Part shown: positions 8,932 to 19,088 of the stretch, piece by piece
Numbering within the stretch: the stretch's first letter is position 1
How the letters are laid out: each line of letters starts with the position of its first letter
From: Candidatus Omnitrophota bacterium
GTDB taxonomy: Bacteria > Omnitrophota > Gorgyraeia > Gygaellales > Profunditerraquicolaceae
Direction of reading: 5' to 3'
Length of the DNA stretch: 64,000 nt
NCBI GenBank assembly: GCA_026387335.1
Contig: JAPLLX010000003.1
Span: forward strand, 138,230 to 202,229
Translations under genes and position numbers: made by a program
The notes under the pieces: generated by a model
Database searches by the model: none
Seen by the model: the letters and a program-made list of their open reading frames with translations, nothing else
Told to the model about the DNA's origin: nothing

Positions 8932-10871
8932 AGAATTTTACCCACCGCTTCGCTGATTAAAGAGTTATCTTTTAAGATATTGACAGCGGGGTTAGCGCGC
9001 CATATATCTTCTATTCTTACGCTCAATTCCTTAACCTCGCTTAAATATATATGATTATTGCCGGCTAAATTCCTAAGAAAATAGCGGTGTTTCGCGCTTA
9101 AACCCCCGGCCTTAAAAACAACTACAAATTTAGCGCTATTGGCTGCCTCCGAGACCATGGATATACTTTCCGGAGAACTAACGACTACTTTGCTTAAACC
9201 TAATATTCCGCCTACGGCTTCCGGAATGTTTTTTTCGTTGGCGATAAGCATAAGTTTGCAACGTTTAAAACCATCAAATTCCTGTTTTAATAACTGGGCA
9301 ACCTTGGCGGAAGTCCGCCGCGATGTAGTCAGGAGAATATCGGCGTTAATTTTATCCGCCGCGCGTTTAACCTCGCTTATGACTCCCCGCATAATATCAT
9401 TATCCAGGGTAAATTTCTTGCTATCCCCCCCGATTAATAACCCGATATAATCCGAACACGGATTTAGGTTACAGGAGCGGATTAATTTAGCGCCTTCTTC
9501 TTCCAGGTATTGCGGGCTCACCAGGTTAGGCGCCCCCATAGTCACCACTATGTTTTTTTTCTTTTTGGGCTTATCGTGCCTGGGAAGAATGACCAGGTCA
9601 AATTTCTTGGCACTTAAAAATTGGGGCCGCATAATCTGAACGGACTTGCTCAGGTTTTCCCGCGAAATTATAAAATTAATAGCGCTTAAGCCCGAACCGC
9701 AGGAGATAACAATATCCGGTCTAAACGAGCTAAGCGTTTTATAGGCGTTTGTATCAATAAATTTCCTTAAGCATCCCAGGCATCCCTGACAGTTATATTT
9801 GCCTGATAAAAGACTGCTTAAACTTAAAGCTGTTTTTAAAAATTTATTTTTAAACTTTACCTCGGTTATTTCCAGCCCTACCTTTATCCCCTTATTCTTC
9901 AATCTTTCGCTGATTATATTAGCGACAGCCTCTGACTGGCGCAGGTGTCCGGTCTTGCCATCGCTTAATATCAGTAGGCTGCGCTGGTTTGAATATTTCC
10001 AGATCTTATAAGTCCAAAGGTATTCTTTGGGATATTCCCGGATATATTCTTCAAATACCTGGACGGCTCTCCTTAAATTATCTTTTACATCCTTCTCTAA
10101 ATCCCCGGCTCTGCTTAACTCTATCTCCTTACCCACTAAAACTTTTATCTTTGGTCCGCTCTTTCTGGTAAAATATACCGGGACAACGCTGGAACCGTAT
10201 TTTAAGGCTAACTTGATCCCTCCGGTAGACATAGAAGCGGTACGGCCAAAAAATTCCACTAAATCCCCTCCTTTACCCCCCTGATCAAGGGTTATCCCGA
10301 CCGTAGCGTTATTTTTGAGCGCGTCAATTAATTGTTTCAAGCCCCCTTCTTTGGTGATTATCGAGCAGCCTTTTTGGCGACGGTAATTATTCAGTAGTTC
10401 ATTCAAACGGGGGAAACTCTGGCCCTTTACAAAAAGATAGAATGGAAAACCCAGGTTGGCGCAGATAATATTGGAAAGCTCCCAACTTCCTGCGTGAACG
10501 GCAAGAAGAATAACGCCCTTGCCTTTTTTTAAGCCCGCGTAAATATTTTCTAATCCCTCTATTTCTATATATTTTTTCATGTAGGCCTGGCCTACTTTAG
10601 GGATAAGGAATATCTCGATCAGGCTTTGGCCAAATGACTCATAAAATTCTTTCGTAATTTTAGTGATAGCTTTTGGGGAAAGTTTACTGCCAAAAGCCGC
10701 CTTAATATTGGCATAGCTCCTGGCCCTATGCTTAAAATCAAAATAGTAAAAACAATTCCCCAACAGCTGCCCTAAGAAAAGGCTAGCCTCAACCGGGATA
10801 AACCTAAGAACGGCTCCCAGTACCTTAAATAGAATACAGGCCAAGTAATCCAGTAACGAGTTGTTCTTCAT
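8928..10871 (-). CDS. Lipid A late acyltransferase (LpxL/HtrB family) fused to an ELM1/GtrOC1-like domain
   Basis: N-half has HAGSWE, LDQ, FFGR and PKEYLWTYKIWK; C-half has LSDGKTGHLRQS, PRHD, LIGG, TTSRRT and ESISMVSEAA, typical of the ELM1 family. Confidence 0.8.
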   Translation of the reverse strand: MKNNSLLDYLACILFKVLGAVLRFIPVEASLFLGQLLGNCFYYFDFKHRARSYANIKAAFGSKLSPKAITKITKEFYESFGQSLIEIFLIPKVGQAYMKKYIEIEGLENIYAGLKKGKGVILLAVHAGSWELSNIICANLGFPFYLFVKGQSFPRLNELLNNYRRQKGCSIITKEGGLKQLIDALKNNATVGITLDQGGKGGDLVEFFGRTASMSTGGIKLALKYGSSVVPVYFTRKSGPKIKVLVGKEIELSRAGDLEKDVKDNLRRAVQVFEEYIREYPKEYLWTYKIWKYSNQRSLLILSDGKTGHLRQSEAVANIISERLKNKGIKVGLEITEVKFKNKFLKTALSLSSLLSGKYNCQGCLGCLRKFIDTNAYKTLSSFRPDIVISCGSGLSAINFIISRENLSKSVQIMRPQFLSAKKFDLVILPRHDKPKKKKNIVVTMGAPNLVSPQYLEEEGAKLIRSCNLNPCSDYIGLLIGGDSKKFTLDNDIMRGVISEVKRAADKINADILLTTSRRTSAKVAQLLKQEFDGFKRCKLMLIANEKNIPEAVGGILGLSKVVVSSPESISMVSEAANSAKFVVVFKAGGLSAKHRYFLRNLAGNNHIYLSEVKELSVRIEDIWRANPAVNILKDNSLISEAVGKIL

Positions 10872-11871
10872 TTTTTGTGATTTTTAAGGCGATGCGTAAA
10901 ACTAATACCGGATACCCTTTAAATATCTTTAGCTTACTTTCAGATAATCTGGCAGCGTCTTTTTCGGTGGTAATGATCACCTGAAGTTTCTTTTCCCGGC
11001 ATCTGGAAATGATCCCGGACAAATCTTCCGGGCTATAATTATAGTGGTCCGCAAATCTTAGATCCAGGCCTACCTTTATTCCTAAACTGCTGATCAATTT
11101 GGTAAACGAATACGGGTCGCCGATCCCGGAAAATAAAGCCGCGCTTTTGTCTTTAAGCTGGCTTAAACTCAATGATTTATCCGGGTGATTGATTTCATAA
11201 AATCCGGCTGCTTCATGGACTGATTCTATGACCGGAATAGCCGCGTTAATTTTATTTAAACAACTTTTAATATTTTCTAAATCGTTGGTCAGGTTGGTCT
11301 TGGTCAAAACAAAGAGATCCGCGGCCTTAAGCGCAGAAAGCGGCTCGCGCAATATTCCCCGCGGCAGCATATGCCGGTTGCCGAATCCCTGGGGAGCGCT
11401 GACCGCTACAACCTCTAAATCTTTAATTATGCGCCATTGCTGCATACCGTCATCCAGAATAACTGTGTCGGCGCCATACTCCTGGACCGCTCTTCTAGCG
11501 GCCCTGGCCCTGTCTTTATCCACAATTACCGGAATGCCTCCTAAGTTCTTAAGCAGCATAGCCGGCTCATCGCCAAGAGAATCTTTGAGTTTCTTATATC
11601 CCCGGCTTAAAACCGCGACCTTATGGCCTTTGGCTTTAAGGAAACGGGCGACAAACTCTACCAGCGAAGTCTTGCCTGTGCCGCCAACAGTAATATTACC
11701 GATACTGATGACTTTACAATTTAGTTTAAGCGGCCTGAATGAATAAAACAAGATCAGCCCTCTTATTATAGCGCCATAGACAAAAGAGAGTAAAAGCAGG
11801 GGAATTTTTAACAATAAAGCCAGGGGCCCCTGATACCTATCGGTTGCCAGGTTATAAAGATGCTCTTTCAT
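10825..11871 (-). CDS. lpxK: Tetraacyldisaccharide 4'-kinase
   Basis: GNITVGGTGKT, LSRGY, GDEP, LDDGMQ, LPRGILREP, FADHY, TTEKDA. Confidence 0.95.
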   Translation of the reverse strand: MKEHLYNLATDRYQGPLALLLKIPLLLLSFVYGAIIRGLILFYSFRPLKLNCKVISIGNITVGGTGKTSLVEFVARFLKAKGHKVAVLSRGYKKLKDSLGDEPAMLLKNLGGIPVIVDKDRARAARRAVQEYGADTVILDDGMQQWRIIKDLEVVAVSAPQGFGNRHMLPRGILREPLSALKAADLFVLTKTNLTNDLENIKSCLNKINAAIPVIESVHEAAGFYEINHPDKSLSLSQLKDKSAALFSGIGDPYSFTKLISSLGIKVGLDLRFADHYNYSPEDLSGIISRCREKKLQVIITTEKDAARLSESKLKIFKGYPVLVLRIALKITKNEEQLVTGLLGLYSI

Positions 11872-11882
11872 ATTAGTTTATT

Positions 11883-11911
11883 ATGATAGCACAGCCAAAA
11901 TCAAGAATCAA
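11883..11911 (-). promoter_or_regulatory. Putative sigma70 promoter for the lpxK-led LPS operon
   Basis: Minus strand TTGATT-N17-TATCAT with TGn extension. Confidence 0.45.
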
Positions 11912-11960
11912 CAGCTTTATCAGGCAAAAAAGCCTATAAAGGACAAAGAGATAGGAGAAA

Positions 11961-12617
11961 TTACGGCTTAATCAAACTTGGGATTTCCTGCAATTTATTA
12001 ATAATAAGGTCGGCTTTCTTTAGGTATTCTTTAGGCAGGCTGGTAGTAATTGCGACGCAAGACATGCCTGCTCTTTTAGCGGATTCTATGCCCAGGGGCG
12101 CGTTTTCTATCACCAGGCAGGAACTCGGGCTTAGGCCAAAAAGGCCGGCAGCTCTTAGATACGGCTCAGGATCAGGCTTACCTTTCTTTACCTGGTCTCC
12201 GGCTACAATGACTTTAAATAAAGAGATAACCTTAAGGGGCAGGATTGAATTTACCTCATTTTTAGGGGTACCGGTAACTAAGCCTAAGGCATAACCTTGC
12301 CCTTTGAGAGACGCTAAAAGCTTCTCTACCCCGCTAAAAACAAAACGTTTAAAAAGTTTCTTAAATATCTTCTGGCGCTTGATAAACACCTCTCTTAAAA
12401 GCTTAGGCACGGGCTTTATGCCTGACTGGATAAACAAATCCTTAAGCGTATCGTTCCACTTCTCGCCTTCTTTAGAATACACGTCAAAACAGCTCACCCG
12501 CACGCCATAGGGCCTGAGGGCCTCATACCAAGCCAGAAAATGATACGGCATAGAATCAATGATCACGCCATCCATATCAAAAATTATTGCTGCGGGTTTG
12601 ATTTTCAGTTTGGGCAT
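11961..12617 (-). CDS. HAD-superfamily phosphatase (beta-phosphoglucomutase/CbbY-like)
   Basis: FDMDGVIID, VTG, GKPDPEPY, IENAPLGIESA. Confidence 0.85.
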   Translation of the reverse strand: MPKLKIKPAAIIFDMDGVIIDSMPYHFLAWYEALRPYGVRVSCFDVYSKEGEKWNDTLKDLFIQSGIKPVPKLLREVFIKRQKIFKKLFKRFVFSGVEKLLASLKGQGYALGLVTGTPKNEVNSILPLKVISLFKVIVAGDQVKKGKPDPEPYLRAAGLFGLSPSSCLVIENAPLGIESAKRAGMSCVAITTSLPKEYLKKADLIINKLQEIPSLIKP

Positions 12618-12625
12618 TTTCTTAT

Positions 12626-13345
12626 CTATTCCGGCGAGATTAAAGAAAGGTTGCGCTCAATAAATTCCACCAGCTCCTGTTGCGTATTTAACGGCAGGTT
12701 GACGAATTCTATCCCCATCCCGGGATAAGAATGCGGCTGGACCTGTTTATCCGGGATCCAGACTACCTTGCCTTCCAGTTCCAGCTCTTTAGACTTAGGA
12801 GGAAGCTTGATCTTAAGAGTCACTTCATCCCCCAGCCTGAACTTATCGCAACCAAATATAAAAGCGCCTACGCCGCTTAAATTCAGAAGATCCAGTTTTA
12901 AGCAAATGGGGGGCCGCTCATGTTTAGATTTCAATTCTACTTTTATATCGATCGGCAGGCGTTTAAAACGCCGGCGCAGCTGCATCTTTTTTATATCTTC
13001 AATGATCTTATCTTCTTTAAAACTGTTCAGGGCCTGCTCTTCGTTGGCGTACATTTCAATCACCCTGTCTAATCCGGCGATGCAAAAAATATTCTTGATC
13101 GCTACCGGCACATTACAGAATTTCATCCTTCCCTGGTTATTCACTATCTCCTTGTAGGCGATAACAATCACGGATGTGCCCATATAATCAATGAAGTCCA
13201 CCTCTTCCAGATTACAGAGAATATCTTTATACCCGTCATGGACGCACTGGCCGACTACTTCCACTAAATTGGCCGAGTCCACATCAATACGCTCGGATAG
13301 GTCCAAAACAATGACGCCGTTAATCTGCCTGATTTTAATTTCCAT
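12626..13345 (-). CDS. STAS (anti-sigma antagonist) plus PilZ domain protein
   Basis: N-terminal STAS (VDFIDYMG...AGLDRVIEMY); C-terminal PilZ (RRRFKR...NLSGVG...GKVVW...GMGIEF). Confidence 0.8.
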   Translation of the reverse strand: MEIKIRQINGVIVLDLSERIDVDSANLVEVVGQCVHDGYKDILCNLEEVDFIDYMGTSVIVIAYKEIVNNQGRMKFCNVPVAIKNIFCIAGLDRVIEMYANEEQALNSFKEDKIIEDIKKMQLRRRFKRLPIDIKVELKSKHERPPICLKLDLLNLSGVGAFIFGCDKFRLGDEVTLKIKLPPKSKELELEGKVVWIPDKQVQPHSYPGMGIEFVNLPLNTQQELVEFIERNLSLISPE

Positions 13346-14603
13346 CGGATAACCCTATAAATTTAATTGCGTCCATATTTCTTAAGGTCGCGCCCTGATT
13401 TCCGGCGATCACTTCCTTGGCGTTAGCCGCCAGCTGGGTTGCCCGGGAATCGCTTTTTAATATTTCTTCCAGGGCCAAGGCCAGATCCGCTTCGGTCTTG
13501 ACCATTATCGCGGCATTATTCTTCAGGAACATCCCGGATATATCCCGGAAATTAAACATGTGCGGCCCGAAAATTACCGGCTTGCCAAAATTAGCCGGCT
13601 CCAGAATATTGTGCCCGCCTCTTTTAATCAGACTTCCGCCCACGAATACGATGTCCGCGGCCGAATAGAAATTCACTAATTCTCCGACGGTATCCAGAAT
13701 AAAGACAGGATTATCTTTAGAACTGACATTAACCGAGTTTAACCTAGAGATCTCCAAACCCTTAAACCCATAAGCAGCTGTTATTTTTAAGAGGTCTCTT
13801 GCTCTTTGCGGATGCCTGGGCGCGATTAAAAGCTTAAGGCCGGGGAATTTATTTAAAAGCCCCGCATAGGCCCTTAAAATTATCTCTTCTTCTCCCGGGT
13901 GGGTTGAACCGGCGATCAATAATTTATCGCTAAAACTTAAACCCAGTTTTTCCCTGTATCCCTGCGCCTGAGCCAGGCCTAACTGGTCAAATTTCATATT
14001 TCCGGTCACTTTTACTTTATCCGGGATAGCCCCTAACCGCCTAAGTCTGTGCGCGTCGGATTCTGTCTGCGCGCAAAATAAATTTATTTTATTTAAGATA
14101 GGTTTGATTAAAAACCTGACCGCTAAATACCCTTTAAAAGAGGCATCGGATATCCGGGCGTTTACAGTGACAATGGGTATATTTTTTTTATGCAGATAGG
14201 TTATCAGGTTCGGCCATAGCTCAGTTTCAGCGATAATAAAAATACCCGGATTGATCCTGTTGATCACCTTTCTGACCGTAAAACTAAAATCCAAAGGCAG
14301 ATAAGTGACCAGGTCCCTATCTTTAGCTATAGTCTTAGCGATTTTATTCCCGGCGGGAGTAACCGTAGAGATAACGAATTTCTTATCCGGATAAACCTTG
14401 CGCAACTCTTCCACCAAGCCGCGGATAGATATGGCCTCGCCTAAACTTACGGCGTGGATCCAAATCGGCCTAGCTAATGATAGATCCTTAAAAGGCGCTC
14501 CTAAACGCGCTAAAAACCCGCGATGGAACTTACCTTTAAACAAATACGCCGGCAGGCAAACTAAAGTAAATACCAGAAATATTAAATCATATAATATAAA
14601 CAT
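13335..14603 (-). CDS. waaA: 3-deoxy-D-manno-octulosonic acid transferase
   Basis: WIHAVSLGE, ETELWPN, GNMKFD, GSTHPGEE, PRHPQR, GGHNILEP. Confidence 0.95.
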   Translation of the reverse strand: MFILYDLIFLVFTLVCLPAYLFKGKFHRGFLARLGAPFKDLSLARPIWIHAVSLGEAISIRGLVEELRKVYPDKKFVISTVTPAGNKIAKTIAKDRDLVTYLPLDFSFTVRKVINRINPGIFIIAETELWPNLITYLHKKNIPIVTVNARISDASFKGYLAVRFLIKPILNKINLFCAQTESDAHRLRRLGAIPDKVKVTGNMKFDQLGLAQAQGYREKLGLSFSDKLLIAGSTHPGEEEIILRAYAGLLNKFPGLKLLIAPRHPQRARDLLKITAAYGFKGLEISRLNSVNVSSKDNPVFILDTVGELVNFYSAADIVFVGGSLIKRGGHNILEPANFGKPVIFGPHMFNFRDISGMFLKNNAAIMVKTEADLALALEEILKSDSRATQLAANAKEVIAGNQGATLRNMDAIKFIGLSDGN

Positions 14604-14611
14604 ATTTTTCC

Positions 14612-15484
14612 TCAGGCATGCGGATGGGCCTTATCGTAAACGCTCTTTAGCCTATCGGTTGTTAAATGCGTGTAAATCTGCGTAGAGGACAGGTTCGCGT
14701 GCCCCAACAACTCTTGTACTGTACGCAAATCCGCTCCCCTGTTCAATAAGTGCGTGGCAAAAGAATGCCGGAAGGTATGGGGAGAGACTCCCCGGGCAAT
14801 GCCGGCGCCCTTTAAATACTTCTCCACTATATTGCGTACGCCTCTGGTAGAGATCCGTTTACCGTTCTTATTCAAAAATAAAGCGGTACTTTGCTTTTTT
14901 CTTTTATCCAGATACTTTCTGATGGCGTTTAAAGCCGCGTCGCCTATGGGCACGACCCTTTCTTTTTTTCCTTTTCCAAAAGCCTTAACTACGCCGGATA
15001 TAAAATCTACATCCTCAATACTTAAAGAGACCAGCTCCGATATCCTTAAACCGCTGGAATAAAAAGTTTCCAGTATCGCCCGGTCGCGTAAACCAAATTC
15101 ATCCTTTTCATTTTTGGCAAAAGCGGACTCGATCAATCTTGCTACTTCTTCTTCGGTCATAAAAGAAGGTAGATGCTTATCCAACTTGGGGCTAGAGAGC
15201 ATAAGAATAGGATTGGTTTTAATATACCCTTCGCGGCTAAGGAACCTAAAAAAACTGCGTAGCGCGGATAAGTGCCGGCCAACGCTTCTATTCCCCAAGC
15301 TCTTCTCTTTTAAAACCGCCAGGTATTTTCTTAGAAGCAGGTAATCTATTTTATCCAGGCTAAGCTCGCCGCAGAATTTGCTGAAATCCTTTAAATCCAC
15401 CTTATAATTTATTAAGGTGTGCTGCGAATAATTCTTCTCGATCTCCATATAACGCATGAATCTTTCAATGTATTTATCCATCAT
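14612..15484 (-). CDS. xerC: Tyrosine recombinase XerC
   Basis: RDRAILE...SGLRISEL, GKGKKER, HTFRHSFATHLL, LGH, TQIYTH; lies next to topA and dprA. Confidence 0.85.
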   Translation of the reverse strand: MMDKYIERFMRYMEIEKNYSQHTLINYKVDLKDFSKFCGELSLDKIDYLLLRKYLAVLKEKSLGNRSVGRHLSALRSFFRFLSREGYIKTNPILMLSSPKLDKHLPSFMTEEEVARLIESAFAKNEKDEFGLRDRAILETFYSSGLRISELVSLSIEDVDFISGVVKAFGKGKKERVVPIGDAALNAIRKYLDKRKKQSTALFLNKNGKRISTRGVRNIVEKYLKGAGIARGVSPHTFRHSFATHLLNRGADLRTVQELLGHANLSSTQIYTHLTTDRLKSVYDKAHPHA

Positions 15485-15487
15485 ATA

Positions 15488-17464
15488 CTATTCTTTATCC
15501 TCCGGAAGAGCGCGCGAGGTAAAAGTACACTTGGGGAAATTAGAACAACCGTAGAAGAATCCACGCACAGAGCGGCGCTCGATCAATTCTCCGCCGCAAC
15601 CCTCCTGCGGGCACTTTACGCCGCTAGTGATAGATTTAGAGTTTTTACAGGTCGGGAAATCCGAACAACTTAAAAATTTTCCTCTCCTGCCCCACTTAAC
15701 GATCATGGGTTTGCCGCACTGAGCGCAAACCTGATCCGTAGTGATGACTTCCTTTTTAATATTTCCTTGAGCAAACTCCAGGCTCACCTTAAAAGGAGCG
15801 TAAAAGTCTTCTAAGACCTTAAGCCGCTTAAGTGTGCCCTCTTCAATCTGGTCCAGCTCTTCCTCCATGGCGGCGGTAAACTTTACATCAATGATCTTAG
15901 GAAAATATTCAACTAATAGATCACTCACCTTAAAACCTAACTCCGTAGGATTCAGGTAACCTTTAATCCGGCGGGTGTAATCGCGCAATATCAGGGTATA
16001 AATTATCGGCGCATAGGTCGAGGGCCGGCCAATACCATCTTCTTCCAGCGCTTTGATCAAGGAGCTATCCGAATAGCGGGCAGGCGGCTTGGTAAAATGC
16101 TGCGAAGGTAAAAGCTTTAATAACTCTAATAATTCGCCCTCTGCTAAAACCGGTAGCACATTCTTTTTTTCCTTTTCTTGCTCCTCAGCGTTCTCCTCAT
16201 CGATCTTAGCGTAGGCCGCCATAAACCCGCTAAAAATAAGCGTGCTTCCTGAAGCGTTAAATTGATATTTACCCGCTTCTATGGCCACCGAAGTAACGGC
16301 GTATATAGCCGGTTTCATTTGGCTGGCTACAAACCGGTTATAAATTAACTCATACAATTTAATCTGATCTGGAGTTAAGAAATTTTTCAGGCCCTGCGGG
16401 TGACGCGAAACAAAAGTCGGGCGGATCGCCTCATGCGCTTCCTGAGCCAACTTCTTAACCTTATAGTAATTCGGCGCCTCCGGAAGATGCTCTTTACCAA
16501 AACTTCTGGCGATATAATCGCGCACTTCAGAAATAGCTTCAGGCGCGACCCGCGGAGAATCCGTACGCATATAAGTGATTAAGCCGACCGGGTTATCCGT
16601 ACCTATATCAATACCTTCATAAAGCTGTTGGGCTATAGACATTGTCCGGTTGGCGTTAAACCTTAAACGGTTAAAGGCATCCTGCTGCAGAGTGCTGGTA
16701 ATGAAAGGCGCGTCCGGGTAACGCTTCTTTTCGCTCTTTTTTACCTGGGCGACCCGGAATTGTTGCGTTTGAATATCGGCGCATAATCTATCCGCTTCTT
16801 CCTTATTCTTGATCTCGGCTTTCTGGGAATCTATTTTATCCAGCTTAGCGCTAAATTCGCTATCGGCCTTGGCCAATTGCGCCTCAATCTCCCAGTATTC
16901 CCGCGCAACAAATTTCTGGATCTCTCTCTCCCTTTCGATAATCAATCGCAGGGCCACTGACTGGACGCGCCCGGCGCTTAAGCCCCGGGCGATTTTTTTC
17001 CAGAGCAAAGGACTTAAAAAATAACCCATTATTCTGTCTAATATGCGCCTGCCTATCTGAGCCTCTACCATATTTAAGTCAAATTCCCGCGGGTGTTTGA
17101 ACGCCTCTTTAACCGCGCTGGGGGTAATTTCATGGAAAGTAACGCGCAGAATATTTGCTTTATTTAAAATTCTCTCTTTAATCTGCCAGCCGATGGCCTC
17201 GCCTTCCCGGTCAGGATCGGTAGCGATATACACGGTTTCTTTGCCTTTAGCTTCTTTTTTAAGTTCAGTTACGACCTTTTGCCTGCCGGTTAAAGTCACG
17301 TATTCCGGTTCAAATTTATTTTCTATATCCACCCCGAGTTTTTTTTGCGGCAGGTCGATAATATGCCCCATAGAAGATACGACGCTGAAACTTTCCCCTA
17401 AGATCTTACCTATGGTTTTAGCCTTAGTCGGAGATTCAACAATAACCAAACCTTTTTTCTTCAT
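15488..17464 (-). CDS. topA: DNA topoisomerase I
   Basis: IVESPTKAKTI, ATDPDREGEAI, SAGRVQS, ITYMRTDS, GIGRPSTY and two C-terminal zinc ribbons. Confidence 0.97.
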   Translation of the reverse strand: MKKKGLVIVESPTKAKTIGKILGESFSVVSSMGHIIDLPQKKLGVDIENKFEPEYVTLTGRQKVVTELKKEAKGKETVYIATDPDREGEAIGWQIKERILNKANILRVTFHEITPSAVKEAFKHPREFDLNMVEAQIGRRILDRIMGYFLSPLLWKKIARGLSAGRVQSVALRLIIEREREIQKFVAREYWEIEAQLAKADSEFSAKLDKIDSQKAEIKNKEEADRLCADIQTQQFRVAQVKKSEKKRYPDAPFITSTLQQDAFNRLRFNANRTMSIAQQLYEGIDIGTDNPVGLITYMRTDSPRVAPEAISEVRDYIARSFGKEHLPEAPNYYKVKKLAQEAHEAIRPTFVSRHPQGLKNFLTPDQIKLYELIYNRFVASQMKPAIYAVTSVAIEAGKYQFNASGSTLIFSGFMAAYAKIDEENAEEQEKEKKNVLPVLAEGELLELLKLLPSQHFTKPPARYSDSSLIKALEEDGIGRPSTYAPIIYTLILRDYTRRIKGYLNPTELGFKVSDLLVEYFPKIIDVKFTAAMEEELDQIEEGTLKRLKVLEDFYAPFKVSLEFAQGNIKKEVITTDQVCAQCGKPMIVKWGRRGKFLSCSDFPTCKNSKSITSGVKCPQEGCGGELIERRSVRGFFYGCSNFPKCTFTSRALPEDKE

Positions 17465-18552
17465 TAAGAATTCCTCACAAATTGTTTACCCGGAAGTTGT
17501 TTAATTAATTTCCTGAACTGCAGATTTAAAAGGATGCCGGAAATTTCAGAAACATCCATATTCGCTTTCTCGATCAAATCATCCAGGGTTACTGCTTGCG
17601 GCGTTATTAATTCATAAAGCCTATTTTCTTTTTCATTGCCGGAATTGCGCCTTAAATTCCTATTCTCTTTCGGCACAGGGGCGGCAGTAAAACTAAATTC
17701 TTCCAATATATCCGTAACCTGGGTAACTAATTTCGCTCCCTGCTTAAGCAATTCATTGGTGCCAAAAGAAGATGCTGAATCAATTTTCCCGGGTAGGGCG
17801 AATACCTCTCTTCCCTGTTCCAGCGCGAAATCCGCGGTAATCAGGGCCCCGCTGTTCTTAGCCGCTTCGGCGACCAAGACTCCCAGGCTTAAACCGCTGA
17901 TAACCCGGTTACGCCGGGGGAAATTCTCCTTCAACGGCTTTTCGTTTAACGGAAATTCGGAGATTACCGCTCCCGAGCGCGAGATCTCCTCGGAAAATTC
18001 TTTATTCTCCGGAGGATAAATATTATTAAACCCGCTACCCATGACGGCTATAGTCCGGCCGCCTGCCTTTAACGCGGCCCGATGAGCAGAAGTATCTATT
18101 CCGCGGGCCATCCCCGAAACAATCGTAAATCCAGCGGCTGCCAATTCAGAGGCGAATTTGCCAGCCGCGCTTAATCCGTAGAAACTGGCCTGCCGCGAAC
18201 CGACAATACCTATGGATAGAGAATCTTGCGGCTTGATATCGCCTTTTACATAAAGCACGATAGGCAAACCCGGAATATTTTTTAAATTTTCCGGGTAAGC
18301 CGCATCTTCAAAGGTAATAATCTTTAAGGAAAGCTTACGGCAGAGGTCTAATTCTTTGGCTAAATCTTCTTTTTTAAAAGAATTTATCCGGCTGGCTAAA
18401 TTTTCACCGATCCCGGATACCGCGACCAGTTTTTCTACTGTCGCTTCGAATATTTCCTGCGGCGAGCCAAAATTTTCCAGCAGGTTTTTTAGCCGAACGC
18501 TGCCTATACTACCTGCCATGTTTAAAGCAACCAATGCCTCTAATCTTGTCAT
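17464..18552 (-). CDS. dprA: DNA-processing protein DprA
   Basis: IVGSR, VSGMARGID, FPRRNRVISGLS, SGALITA, GREVFALPG. Confidence 0.95.
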   Translation of the reverse strand: MTRLEALVALNMAGSIGSVRLKNLLENFGSPQEIFEATVEKLVAVSGIGENLASRINSFKKEDLAKELDLCRKLSLKIITFEDAAYPENLKNIPGLPIVLYVKGDIKPQDSLSIGIVGSRQASFYGLSAAGKFASELAAAGFTIVSGMARGIDTSAHRAALKAGGRTIAVMGSGFNNIYPPENKEFSEEISRSGAVISEFPLNEKPLKENFPRRNRVISGLSLGVLVAEAAKNSGALITADFALEQGREVFALPGKIDSASSFGTNELLKQGAKLVTQVTDILEEFSFTAAPVPKENRNLRRNSGNEKENRLYELITPQAVTLDDLIEKANMDVSEISGILLNLQFRKLIKQLPGKQFVRNS

Positions 18553-18568
18553 ATATTTAACGCGCCGC

Positions 18569-19081
18569 TTATTGTTTATTCCCCGGTAATAATTTTAAGA
18601 TTTTAGCAACTACTTCCTTTACCGAAAACTTGGATGTATCTATTGTTTTATCGGCTAAAGCGTAATAAGGCGAGCGCAGCTTAAGCAGCAACCCTATTCT
18701 TTCTTTAGGGTTCTTAACATTAAGCAGCGGCCTGTGCGTTGAGCCGGAGACCCTTTTCAATATTACCGCGGGCTCTGCGCTCAAGCAGATGACTATACCG
18801 CTCTTTTTCATAATCTTAATATTTCTTTCATCAATGACTATTCCTCCGCCACAGCCGACCACAAAGTTCTTTTCTTTGGCTACTTCTTTTAACACCTTAC
18901 TTTCTACGCGCCTGAAATACGGTTCGCCAGCCTGAGCGAAGATATCCGGAATACTCCTTCTCTCTTTTAACTCAATTAGTTCATCCAGGTCAACAAACCG
19001 CCATTTCTTATTTTTGGCCAGTTCGCTTCCTACGGCGCTTTTGCCTGTGCCCATAAATCCGACTAAATAAATATTCTTCAT
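18569..19081 (-). CDS. aroK: Shikimate kinase
   Basis: GFMGTGKS, DLD, GEPYFR, GGG, RPLL. Confidence 0.95.
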   Translation of the reverse strand: MKNIYLVGFMGTGKSAVGSELAKNKKWRFVDLDELIELKERRSIPDIFAQAGEPYFRRVESKVLKEVAKEKNFVVGCGGGIVIDERNIKIMKKSGIVICLSAEPAVILKRVSGSTHRPLLNVKNPKERIGLLLKLRSPYYALADKTIDTSKFSVKEVVAKILKLLPGNKQ

Positions 19082-19088
19082 TTTAATT

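Noticed and set aside
14612-15484. Tyrosine recombinase as a prophage or integron integrase
   Set aside because: Its size, motifs and topA-dprA context fit housekeeping XerC; no IntI-specific insertion or att sites were seen.
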